Positions 9,584 to 18,156 of a DNA stretch of 32,000 bases are shown one piece after another. The stretch comes from an archaeon (lineage in GTDB: Archaea > Iainarchaeota > Iainarchaeia > Iainarchaeales > 1-14-0-10-31-34), in the NCBI GenBank assembly GCA_024277355.1, contig JAJRVL010000004.1, positions 494,575 to 526,574 of the forward strand, read 5' to 3'. Made by a program: the position numbers and the translations under genes. A model generated the notes under the pieces. That model worked only from the letters and a program-made list of their open reading frames with translations. It searched no databases and was not told the DNA's origin. Each line of letters starts with the position of its first letter. The stretch's first letter is position 1.

Positions 9584-11212
9584 ATGAATAAAAAAATTTT
9601 AGTTTTCTTTACATTACTTTTGTTTTTCAATTTAGTAAATGCAGTATTAATTATTCCTCCAAGTCTTTCAATAACATGGAGTCAGCCTTCAAGTTCTACA
9701 ACAATAATAGGAAAATATGGACCAAACCTTTTAGTAATCCCAAAAATTTATTGTAATGACGGGCCATGCAACGACATGCAAGGAATACTAGAATATTGCC
9801 TTGGAGATTCATGCACTAATTATCAAACAATGTGTTATGGAAGCGCATCAACCTGCAGCACTGAACCAGTATATGTTACAATATCTTCAAACACATATAA
9901 ACAAAATCCATGCACTCCAAAAGATAGTTTAAGCGGATATTATTATTGCTGGTGGGATCTAAGCGCAAATTATCCTTCTTATTATGGACAAACAATCGAA
10001 TTAAGAGTTAAAGCAACTGCTTCAAATGTAACAAATGATGCATATCTTACAGGAAGAGAATATTATGTTGATTCACCAACCACAGTTACATTAAACCAGC
10101 CTTCAAGTAATGTCTCAAAAGAAAAAGGAGAAACATTAACAATTAACTGGACTACAAAAAACGACCCAGAAGGAGACAACCAACGTTCAAGAATCTATTA
10201 CAACCCTTCAGCATACTGCACTCCAATAGTAAACCCAATAACATACGGGACAGTAGAAATTTATGACTCTGCAGGTTTTCAGTCTGAAGGAACATATTCT
10301 TATGACTGGACTATCCCTAATGACATAACTGCAGGAGAATACTGCGTTTTTGTTCAAGCAAACTACGTAGCAGACGCAGTTTCAACCGTACAAAGAATAA
10401 CAATAACTGATCCTCCGTCTATTTCAATTAGTTCCCCTCAAAACAATAATGTTTTTGTTATTGGTTCAGAAATAAATTTTACTGCAAATGTTTTTGATGC
10501 AGGTTTAAATTATACTGTTGAATGGGATTCAAATAAAGATTTAGACTGGAAATCCACAAACGAAAATTTTAGTTATTCAGGTTTAAGCATCGGCGACCAC
10601 AAGATTACTTTAACAGGATTTTTTGATAAAAGCGGAAACATTACCACTAAAACAGACTCAGTTCAAATAAGCGTTGTACCTATTTCAACTGATGTTCTTG
10701 GAATAAGATATTTTGAAATATATGAACCAGCAGACAAAATACTTCAAACTACTTCAATCAGAATACTTGCTAAAACCAAAATAGATAATTTTACTGCAAC
10801 AGACAAAAATGTGGATTTAAATGTTACTTTAATTAATGCAGAAACAGGACAAAGAGCAGTTGACAGAATAACAGGAATTCCTTATGAACCATTTAATGAA
10901 AAAGCATTAGTTCCTGCATACAGTTACGTACAAATTAGCAATTATATTGGTTTAATAAAATTAAATGAAGGAAACTATAAATTAGTCGTAGATATAAGCG
11001 AATACCAGCCGGAACAAAACACTGCAAACAATCATTTAACTGAAATAGTTACAGTAACAAAAGCCGTTGAAGAAATTAAGTTAAGCGAAATAGAAGTAAT
11101 AATTCTTCCAGTAATAATCCTCTTAATTTTATTGATTATAAATAAAGAAAAAATAACTGAATTAATCAAAAAAAAAGATTTAACTGCAAAAAAGAAAAAT
11201 AATAATAAATAA
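9584..11212 (+). CDS. Secreted, C-terminally membrane-anchored surface protein with a Cys-rich N-terminal region and Ig/CARDB-like repeats
   Basis: 542 aa. Signal peptide MNKKILVFFTLLLFFNLVNA. Cys-rich block CNDGPCNDMQGILEYCLGDSCTNYQTMCYGSASTCS. CARDB-like ending EYQPEQNTANNHLTEIVTVT. C-terminal TM VIILPVIILLILLII plus a basic tail KKKDLTAKKKNNNK. Many N-x-S/T sequons (NVT, NVS, NWT, NFT, NYT, NFS, NIT). Confidence 0.6.
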   Translation: MNKKILVFFTLLLFFNLVNAVLIIPPSLSITWSQPSSSTTIIGKYGPNLLVIPKIYCNDGPCNDMQGILEYCLGDSCTNYQTMCYGSASTCSTEPVYVTISSNTYKQNPCTPKDSLSGYYYCWWDLSANYPSYYGQTIELRVKATASNVTNDAYLTGREYYVDSPTTVTLNQPSSNVSKEKGETLTINWTTKNDPEGDNQRSRIYYNPSAYCTPIVNPITYGTVEIYDSAGFQSEGTYSYDWTIPNDITAGEYCVFVQANYVADAVSTVQRITITDPPSISISSPQNNNVFVIGSEINFTANVFDAGLNYTVEWDSNKDLDWKSTNENFSYSGLSIGDHKITLTGFFDKSGNITTKTDSVQISVVPISTDVLGIRYFEIYEPADKILQTTSIRILAKTKIDNFTATDKNVDLNVTLINAETGQRAVDRITGIPYEPFNEKALVPAYSYVQISNYIGLIKLNEGNYKLVVDISEYQPEQNTANNHLTEIVTVTKAVEEIKLSEIEVIILPVIILLILLIINKEKITELIKKKDLTAKKKNNNK

Positions 11213-11327
11213 AAAAAAGCAGTTAAAAAAAATGAATTAATTCAAACTACTGTTAAAAAAAAAGAAAAAATGAATTAATTAAAATACTAATAATAAAATA
11301 AAAAATTAATTTGAATAATTAATTAGT

Positions 11328-11900
11328 TTATTCAGATTTTTCTTCTGTTGGTTTTTCTTTTGTTTCTTCTTTAACTTCTTTTTTTGATTTTACTGCAATA
11401 GCTTGTTTTCTGTTTTCTTCTAAAGCAGATTCAGAAACTCTCTGCATTACTTTATATGAAATCCATCCAGTTAAACCTGAAAAAATAAAAACCAAAAAAG
11501 CGTCATTTCGCAATACACTCCAAAAATCAAATAAATCTCCTGGATTAATTATTCTGCCTTGAGAAGCAGCAAGAGAAGCAAGATTAGAAAAATACCAGTA
11601 TAACTGGACATAAAAAGCCATAAAAGATAAAACAACAAAAAGCAAAGGAAAAAAAACTGAATAACCAAAATCAGACTTAAAATAATCATTAATCCAGTCA
11701 ATTAAAAAATAAATAAAGAAAAAACCAACAAAAGGCATTAAGAAAAAAGTGTAATCCAGCATACTTGGATTTAAAGTAAAACCCCATTCATGCAAAGCCA
11801 TTTCAGGACTTAAAGCTTTAGTTATTGCAGGCAAAAAATACAATAAAATATAAGAAACTGCAAATAATACAATTAATTTTATTGTGTCTCTTAAATTCAT
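11328..11900 (-). CDS. Membrane protein with a K/E-rich cytoplasmic tail, function unknown
   Basis: 190 aa with four to five hydrophobic segments and the tail KSKKEVKEETKEKPTEEKSE. No recognisable motif. Confidence 0.45.
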   Translation of the reverse strand: MNLRDTIKLIVLFAVSYILLYFLPAITKALSPEMALHEWGFTLNPSMLDYTFFLMPFVGFFFIYFLIDWINDYFKSDFGYSVFFPLLFVVLSFMAFYVQLYWYFSNLASLAASQGRIINPGDLFDFWSVLRNDAFLVFIFSGLTGWISYKVMQRVSESALEENRKQAIAVKSKKEVKEETKEKPTEEKSE

Positions 11901-11979
11901 TTAACTCACTTTATTAGATTATTAAAAAATCTTTGTTCACAATTAATTTAAAACAATTGCTTTTCAGAAAGTTTTGTAT

Positions 11980-12945
11980 ATGACTGAAAATGGATTACCT
12001 TGGGTAGAAAAATACAGGCCAAAAAAATTAAGTGAAGTTGCAGGACAAGAAGAAATAACCAAAAGACTTAAGTCTTATGTTCAAAACAAGTCTTTGCCTA
12101 ACTTAATGTTTTCCGGCCCTGCAGGAATTGGAAAAACAAGTTCTTCTGTTGCTTTAGCAAAAGAATTATACTTAGAAGGATTTGAAAGAAATTTCTTGGA
12201 ATTAAATGCATCAGACGAAAGAGGAATTGATGTAGTTAGAAAAACCATCAAAGACTTTGCAAGAACAATGGCTTTTGATGCAGACTTTAAAATAATTTTC
12301 TTAGATGAAGCAGATGCATTAACTGCTGACGCACAACAGGCTTTAAGGAGAACAATGGAAAGATTTACTAAAACATGCAGATTTGTTTTATCCTGTAATT
12401 ATTCTTCAAGAATAATCGAACCATTACAATCAAGATGTGTTATTTTCAGGTTCAGACCTCTTGACCCAAAAGACATTGAAAACAAATTAAAAGAAATAGC
12501 AAAAAACGAAAGTTTAGATTTAAACAATGACGCATTAAAAGCAATAAATTATGTTTCCCAAGGAGACCTAAGAAAAGCAATAAACATACTGCAGGCAAGT
12601 TCTTCAATTGAAAAAAATATTAAAGAAGCAACAATATATTCAGTTAGTTCAAAAGCCAAGCCTGAAGAAATAAAGCAGTTAATTAATCTTTCATTAGACA
12701 AAAAATTTCTTGAAGCAAGAGAAAAACTAGATGTATTATTATATGAATTTGGAATGAGCGGAGAAGACGTCATACTACAATTATACAGAGAATTAATTGC
12801 CATGCCAGACACAGAAATAACAGGAAAAACAAAAATTGACTTAATAGAAAAAATTGGCGAAACTAATTTCAGAATTGTAGAAGGCGCAAACGAAAGAATT
12901 CAATTAGAAGCATTAATTGCACAATTCATGAAATACAAAAAATAA
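11980..12945 (+). CDS. rfcS: Replication factor C small subunit
   Basis: LPWVEKYRPKKL (RFC box II), Walker A GPAGIGKTS, Walker B IIFLDEADALT, SRC motif LQSRC. The ORF track starts at TTG 11974; the ATG at 11980 (MTENGLPW) is preferred. Confidence 0.92.
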   Translation: MTENGLPWVEKYRPKKLSEVAGQEEITKRLKSYVQNKSLPNLMFSGPAGIGKTSSSVALAKELYLEGFERNFLELNASDERGIDVVRKTIKDFARTMAFDADFKIIFLDEADALTADAQQALRRTMERFTKTCRFVLSCNYSSRIIEPLQSRCVIFRFRPLDPKDIENKLKEIAKNESLDLNNDALKAINYVSQGDLRKAINILQASSSIEKNIKEATIYSVSSKAKPEEIKQLINLSLDKKFLEAREKLDVLLYEFGMSGEDVILQLYRELIAMPDTEITGKTKIDLIEKIGETNFRIVEGANERIQLEALIAQFMKYKK

Positions 12946-13036
12946 GTTTAGACAGTACGGCTTTACGCCGTACGTTTTGGCAACTTGCCTTTTCTTAAAA
13001 GGCAGTTTATGAAATACAAAAAATAAAGTTTAAACA
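12928..13036. repeat. Imperfect 27/28-bp direct repeat of the rfcS 3' end flanking a 54-bp insert
   Basis: ATGAAATACAAAAAATAAGTTTAGACA (12928-12954, includes the rfcS stop) recurs as ATGAAATACAAAAAATAAAGTTTAAACA (13009-13036). The two copies differ by one indel and one mismatch. Confidence 0.8.
12955..13004 (+). terminator. Two perfect hairpins immediately downstream of rfcS, inside the repeat-flanked insert
   Basis: GTACGGC-TTTAC-GCCGTAC (12955-12973) is followed by GTTTT. TGCCTTTT-CTT-AAAAGGCA (12986-13004) is followed by GTTTA. Both are GC-enriched relative to their surroundings. Confidence 0.4.
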
Positions 13037-13103
13037 ACAAGACATAATTGTTTTTTATGCTTTCAAAAAAATTAAATAATGTTATTACTATATACTTAAT
13101 GAA

Positions 13104-13568
13104 ATGAATTTTATTTCAGCTTTATTAAGTCTGTTTATTCCTGGTTCAGGGCAAGTTTTACACAGAGAACACGAACAAGGACTAATTATTTTTGGTTTAT
13201 GGATTTTATGGCTTTTTTTATCAAAATATTTTTTTGAATTAGACTTAATTTTTGTTTTTATTGGATGGAGTTTTTTTTCAGTTTACAGTTCATTTGATGC
13301 ATTAATTTTTAATTCAAAAAAAATAAAAAGAGAAGACTCTCAGCTAAAAGAATTTGATGAAATGAGAAACCAAAAAGAAAAAGAAGAAGAATATGAATTA
13401 AAAGCAACAAAAATTCTTTTAGAAAAAGAATTAAATTCAAAATATGACAGCTTTCAGATTCTTGAAATAAAAAAAGACAAAGGCGAAATAAAAGTTAAAG
13501 CAGTAATTCAGGGAAAATTTGTTGAATTAAATGTTTCAAAAAACGGCGAAATAATAAGCATGAAATAA
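13104..13568 (+). CDS. Small membrane protein with an N-terminal two-TM hairpin and a PepSY-like C-terminal domain
   Basis: 154 aa. LSLFIPGSGQVLH...GLIIFGLWILWLF, a second TM, then the soluble segment KATKILLEKELNSKYDSFQILEIKKDKGEIKVKAVIQGKFVELNVSKNGEIISMK. The domain call rests on pattern only. Confidence 0.4.
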   Translation: MNFISALLSLFIPGSGQVLHREHEQGLIIFGLWILWLFLSKYFFELDLIFVFIGWSFFSVYSSFDALIFNSKKIKREDSQLKEFDEMRNQKEKEEEYELKATKILLEKELNSKYDSFQILEIKKDKGEIKVKAVIQGKFVELNVSKNGEIISMK

Positions 13569-14792
13569 CTAAAAATAATCTGAAATCTTTTTTTGTTTTA
13601 AGTCATTTAAAACTTTTGATTCATTTAAGTAAAGTTTTAATTCAACTGTTAACTTTGAAGATAAAAATTTTAAAGCTAAATCCAAATCAAAAAACCTCAA
13701 AGGTTTTTGTTTTAATGCATTCCGCATTGTTTCACGAATCACCCATACGCCTAATGGTTGATCATATGATTTTCCAATTTCTCTGAAAACAATTACTTTA
13801 GCTTGTCGTTTTTTTTCAGATAGAAATTCACAGACTGCTAATCTTGCAGCATAATAAGCACCAGAAACATCTGAAGCATAATTTTTTCTTCCCTTAAACA
13901 ATTCAGAGTCAGCCATAATTTTTGTTTCTCCCTGCATCCAAACAGATTCAGGTTTCCAGGCTTCAAGCTGTTCAAAACTCCAGTAACCAGGAATAAACAG
14001 AATAAAAAAATGGTTATCTAAAAAACTTGATTCAAATAACTGAATTACATCAGTTTCCCTGAAATACTTTATTTTTTCAATTAAGTTTTTTGAAATAGTG
14101 TCATCAACTGCAGTAATACTCCAACGAGTAGGAACTAATTTTCTTTTTTTCTTTAATCCAAGTAAACCAGCAGACAAAATTTTCTGCAAAGAATTAACTG
14201 AAATATCAGAAGAATACAATTCATTTAATCCTTGAGTTGAAATTAAATCAGTATCAGAAGTAATATAATCAACTTTTTTTGGAATTTTAGGGTTTTCATT
14301 TAAAGAAAATTTTTTTAATTCTCCTTTTGGCCCTGAAGGCAAAGCTAATGCATCAAAAGAAATTTTTTGAAAAGAAATTTTATTTAATTCAACTGAAACA
14401 TCTAATGATTTAGAAGACATCACGCTTTCCTGAATCAAAGAAAGTTCTCTTGAAGGACTTAAAGCAGAAAAAACATTAATTTTTCTTCTTGACTGAATCA
14501 AAGACTCTCGCATTGAAATTATTTTTTCTGAATCAAAACCAAACCATTTTTCAGGTTCATCAAAAACTTCAATTCCTTTAATAAAAGAAGAAGAAGATAC
14601 AGGCGCTATTTCAACTTTAGGATAAGAATTCCATGAAACAAATAATCCAGGCGGAGAAATTCCATTAAATGATTTTTCTTTTATGCTTAAAAGAGTTTTT
14701 GTTTTTCGGTTATAACTTTTAAGGATTTTACAAGGCATTCCGCATAATAATCTGCCTTTGCATTTAATGCATTCAATTCCGTTTACTTTCAT
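13569..14792 (-). CDS. nreA: Archaeal Nre-family DNA repair protein (NreA-like) with a C-terminal PIP box
   Basis: 407 aa. N-terminal Cys cluster CIKCKGRLLCGMPCKIL typical of the Nre N-domain. The extreme C-terminus QKKISDYF fits the PCNA-interacting consensus Q-x-x-[ILM]-x-x-[FY]-[FY]. It ends with TAG directly abutting the convergent upstream gene. Confidence 0.7.
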   Translation of the reverse strand: MKVNGIECIKCKGRLLCGMPCKILKSYNRKTKTLLSIKEKSFNGISPPGLFVSWNSYPKVEIAPVSSSSFIKGIEVFDEPEKWFGFDSEKIISMRESLIQSRRKINVFSALSPSRELSLIQESVMSSKSLDVSVELNKISFQKISFDALALPSGPKGELKKFSLNENPKIPKKVDYITSDTDLISTQGLNELYSSDISVNSLQKILSAGLLGLKKKRKLVPTRWSITAVDDTISKNLIEKIKYFRETDVIQLFESSFLDNHFFILFIPGYWSFEQLEAWKPESVWMQGETKIMADSELFKGRKNYASDVSGAYYAARLAVCEFLSEKKRQAKVIVFREIGKSYDQPLGVWVIRETMRNALKQKPLRFFDLDLALKFLSSKLTVELKLYLNESKVLNDLKQKKISDYF

Positions 14793-14890
14793 AATAAAAA
14801 AAAAGGAATTTTATGCTTTTAAAGCATTAATAGAGTAAAATTCCGGTGATAAAACAACAATTAAAATAAGATTTTTTCATTAAAGTCTTT

Positions 14891-15529
14891 ATGGCAAAAA
14901 AAGCAGTAATTGTATGCAATGGAAGTGTTAACACAAAATTTCTTTATTCTTTTATTTCAGAAAACGATTTTTTAATTGCAGCTGACGGCGGAGCAAACAA
15001 ATTAATGAAAACAAAATTTATTCCTGATTTAATTATAGGAGACATGGATTCAATTACAAAAAATGCATTAAAAAAATACAGAAAAACAAAAATGATTAAG
15101 TTTCCAAAAGAAAAAGATAAAATTGACTTAGAATTAGCAATAGATTATTGTGTTGAAAAAAAATTTAAGGAAATAATTATTTTAGGAGCAATAGGAACAA
15201 GAGCAGATATGACTTTAACAAACATTTTTTTATTGACTCAAATCCCAAAAAATATTAATGCAAAAATAATTCATGAAAATCAGGAAATTTATTTAATTCA
15301 TAAAAAAAAGTTTTCAGTTAAAGGAATTCCAGGAGAAAAAATTTCTTTATTTGGAATTAAAGGAAAAATAAAGGGTTTAACATTAAAAGGATTCAAATAT
15401 GAATTAAAAAATTACAATTTAAGGTTTGGTTTAGGAATTGGATTAAGTAATGAGTTTAAAAACAAAAAAGCGTTAATTACGTCAAAAGACGGATTAATGC
15501 TTTGCGTGCATTTCCGAAAATGGTTTTGA
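14891..15529 (+). CDS. Thiamine pyrophosphokinase
   Basis: 212 aa. LIAADGGANKL and IIGDMDSI are the TPK catalytic-domain motifs. A C-terminal beta-rich thiamine-binding-like region follows. Adjacent to thiBPQ. Confidence 0.85.
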   Translation: MAKKAVIVCNGSVNTKFLYSFISENDFLIAADGGANKLMKTKFIPDLIIGDMDSITKNALKKYRKTKMIKFPKEKDKIDLELAIDYCVEKKFKEIIILGAIGTRADMTLTNIFLLTQIPKNINAKIIHENQEIYLIHKKKFSVKGIPGEKISLFGIKGKIKGLTLKGFKYELKNYNLRFGLGIGLSNEFKNKKALITSKDGLMLCVHFRKWF

Positions 15530-15568
15530 ATTTAAATCTTTTAGCCCTGATTTCTTTGAGGGGATTAA

Positions 15569-16585
15569 ATGAAAAAAGTTTTTTTTAGTTTATTAATTTT
15601 AATTTTATTTTTTGGATGCATTCAGGAAACTGAAGAACAAAAAGAAAAAACTCTTGTAATTTATACTTATGATTCAATGGTTTCAGAATACGGGTTAGGC
15701 GTAAAAGTAATTCCAAAATTTGAAGAAAAATGCAATTGTAAAGTAAAATTAATTTCAAAAGGTGATGCAGGCCAAGTTTTAACTGCATTAGTTTTAGAAA
15801 AAGATAATCCAAAAGCAGACGTAGTAATTGGAATAGATAATAGTTTGTTTCCAAAAGCAATAGAAAACAATGTATTAGAAAAATTTATTCCAAATAATAT
15901 GGATTTAATTCCAAAAGACATCAGGTTTTACAAGCAAGGATATCTTACTCCTTATGATTATGGGTTTATTGCTTTTGTTTATGACACAAAAAAAATTGAT
16001 GTTAAATTAAACAGTTTTAATTCATTGTTAAATAAAAGTTTAAAGAAAAAAATTGTAATAGAAAATCCAAGAACTTCTTCTCCGGGATTAGCTTTATTAT
16101 TATGGAGTATTAGTGTTTACGGAGATCCTGGTTACAAAAAATTCTGGGAAGAATTAAAACCAAATATTTTAATTGTAACTAATGGGTGGGATGAAGCAGC
16201 AGGATTATTTAGTGCAGGAGAAGCTCCAATTTACTTAAGTTATGCAACTTCTCCTGCTTATTATGCTGAATTTGAAGGAATAAATCATTTTATTGCAGGA
16301 GAATTCAAAGAAGGACATTATATTCAAATTGAAGGAACAGGAATAGTTAAAGGCACAAAAAACAGGGTTTTAGCAGAGGAATTCATTGAATTTTCTTTAA
16401 CAAAAGAATTCCAAAAAGAAATTCCTTTTACTCAGTTTATGTTTCCTGTAAATAAAGAAGTGGAACTGCCTTCAGCATTTGATTATGCAGTTCATCCAGA
16501 AAAAAAAATTGAGTTAGATCCAGAGTTAATTGAACAAAAACAAGAGGAATGGATTTCTGAATGGGAAAAAATAATTACATCTTAA
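15569..16585 (+). CDS. thiB: Thiamine ABC transporter substrate-binding lipoprotein (TbpA/ThiB)
   Basis: LVIYTYDSMVSEYGLGVKVIPKFEEKCNCKVKLISKGDAGQVL...KADVVIGIDNSLFPKA closely parallels the TbpA N-terminal block (VYTYDSF...FE..CNC.lk...DG..ll.rl..eg...KADVVlGlDN). Lipobox-like signal LILFFGC. GAGGGG Shine-Dalgarno sequence 6 nt upstream. Confidence 0.88.
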   Translation: MKKVFFSLLILILFFGCIQETEEQKEKTLVIYTYDSMVSEYGLGVKVIPKFEEKCNCKVKLISKGDAGQVLTALVLEKDNPKADVVIGIDNSLFPKAIENNVLEKFIPNNMDLIPKDIRFYKQGYLTPYDYGFIAFVYDTKKIDVKLNSFNSLLNKSLKKKIVIENPRTSSPGLALLLWSISVYGDPGYKKFWEELKPNILIVTNGWDEAAGLFSAGEAPIYLSYATSPAYYAEFEGINHFIAGEFKEGHYIQIEGTGIVKGTKNRVLAEEFIEFSLTKEFQKEIPFTQFMFPVNKEVELPSAFDYAVHPEKKIELDPELIEQKQEEWISEWEKIITS

Positions 16586-18156
16586 CTGCAAAAACATTTT
16601 TTTTATTGTTTTTTTTTGTTTTCTTTTTTTATCCTTTAATTTTAGTTTTAATTAAAGCATTTACAAAAACAAGTGTTTCTTTTATTGATGTTTTAGTTTC
16701 AAACAAAAAATTAATCTGGAATTCTTTTTTTCAGGCATCAGTTTCAACTGTATTCAGTTTGTTGATTGGAATTCCTGCAGCATTTATTTTAGCTAAAAGA
16801 AATTTTTTCGGGAAAAAATTTGTTAAAGCCGTTTCATTGATTCCTTTTGTTTTTCCTTCAATTTTAGTTGTGATTTCTTTTGTAATAATTTTTGGAAATA
16901 ACGGCTGGATAAATTATTTTTTAAAAAACTTTTTTGGTTTTGAAAGCCATGTGCAGTTTTTGTATGGTTTTAGCGGAATAATTCTTGCTCATGTATTTTA
17001 TAATTTTCCAATTGTAATGAGATTTGTTTCTGATTCATGGGAAAATTTAGATGTAAAAATGAAAGAAACAGCTAAAACTTTAGGTGCAGGAAAAAAACAG
17101 GTTTTCTTTAATATTACTTTAAAGCAATTAATGCCTTCAATTCTTGCTTCAGCTTTATTAGTGTTTATTTTTTGTTTTATGAGTTTTGCAATAGTTATTT
17201 CTTTAGGAGGAATACAGTTTTCAACTTTAGAAGTTGAAATTTACAGGCAGATTACAAGAAACCTTAATTTTGGAACAGCTTCAATTCTTGCATTATTTCA
17301 ATTTATTTTTTTGTCTTTAATTGGATTAATTTATTTTCATTATTCAAAAAAATATTCAATAAAAGAAAAAGGAATAAAAGAAAAACCAAAAAATATTTCA
17401 TTAAATTCAGTTAAAGGAATTATTGAAGCATTATTTGTTGTAGTTTTAGTTTTTTCAGTTTTACTTCCAATTATTGCTTTAGTTTTTTTTGCTTTTTTTA
17501 ATCAGGAAACAGGAACTTTTACTTTAAAGGCATTTGAAAAAATATTTTATTCAGGAAAAAGTTTAAGTGGAACAACACCTTTACTTTCAGTTTTTTATAG
17601 TTTAATTATTGCATTAATTGCTTCAATTACTGCAACTTTAACTGGATTAATTGGTTCATTAAAAAAAATTTCCATAATTAATTTTTTTGTTGCTTCATCT
17701 GTTTCAGTTTCAGTTATAACTCTTGGATTAGGATATTTTATTGGATTTGGTTCAGGAAACTTATTTTTTATTGCTTTAGGGCATTCAATTTTAGCTTTTC
17801 CTTTTACTTTCAGAATACTAAAAAACGCATTAAATAAAATAGATAAAGAAAGCATTGATTCAGCTAAAACTTTAGGTGCAAATGAAATTGAAGTATTAAA
17901 AAAAATTCAGTTTCCAAGAATAAAAAATGCATTATTTGTTGCTTTAGGTTTTTCTTTTGCAGTTTCTTTAGGAGAATTAGCTTTTGTTTTAGTTTTATAT
18001 GATGGAATCTACCCTACCATGCCTGTTTATATTTACAGGCTTTTAACTACTTTTGATTTGTTTGCTGCTTCAGCAATGGGTTTAATTTTAATTGCAGTAA
18101 GTTTTATTGTGTTTTATTCAATTGAATTTTTTTCTAAAGATACAAGGGTGTTTTAA
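16561..18156 (+). CDS. thiP: Thiamine ABC transporter permease (duplicated BPD-type permease, ThiP)
   Basis: 531 aa with two tandem permease halves. Each carries an EAA-like loop (ETAKTLGAGKKQVFFNITL and DSAKTLGANEIEVLKKIQF). It overlaps thiB by 25 nt and thiQ by 1 nt. Confidence 0.85.
   Translation: MGKNNYILTAKTFFLLFFFVFFFYPLILVLIKAFTKTSVSFIDVLVSNKKLIWNSFFQASVSTVFSLLIGIPAAFILAKRNFFGKKFVKAVSLIPFVFPSILVVISFVIIFGNNGWINYFLKNFFGFESHVQFLYGFSGIILAHVFYNFPIVMRFVSDSWENLDVKMKETAKTLGAGKKQVFFNITLKQLMPSILASALLVFIFCFMSFAIVISLGGIQFSTLEVEIYRQITRNLNFGTASILALFQFIFLSLIGLIYFHYSKKYSIKEKGIKEKPKNISLNSVKGIIEALFVVVLVFSVLLPIIALVFFAFFNQETGTFTLKAFEKIFYSGKSLSGTTPLLSVFYSLIIALIASITATLTGLIGSLKKISIINFFVASSVSVSVITLGLGYFIGFGSGNLFFIALGHSILAFPFTFRILKNALNKIDKESIDSAKTLGANEIEVLKKIQFPRIKNALFVALGFSFAVSLGELAFVLVLYDGIYPTMPVYIYRLLTTFDLFAASAMGLILIAVSFIVFYSIEFFSKDTRVF

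Noticed and set aside
9584-11212. Diversity-generating retroelement target or other hypervariable cassette in the surface protein.
   Set aside because: There is no reverse transcriptase gene (no YxDD-type ORF), and I found no template/variable repeat pair in the window.
11225-11280. Direct repeat AAAAAATGAATTAATT (11227-11242 and 11265-11280) in the convergent intergenic region.
   Set aside because: It is short, low-complexity and A/T-only, lies between two gene ends and has no associated structure or ORF. It is most likely compositional.
14813-14827. Inverted repeat ATGCTTT-T-AAAGCAT between nreA and the TPK gene, and the similar GATGC-AAAA-GCATC at 21610-21623, as a shared operator motif.
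   Set aside because: The arms are only 5-7 bp in very AT-rich DNA, there are just two occurrences with different spacing, and chance cannot be excluded. The second is better explained as a thrS terminator hairpin.
14793-15568. TPP riboswitch in the leaders of the thiamine genes.
   Set aside because: The conserved CUGAGA and pyrophosphate-sensor helix sequences are absent. The thiB leader is only 39 nt and is explained by a GAGGGG Shine-Dalgarno sequence.
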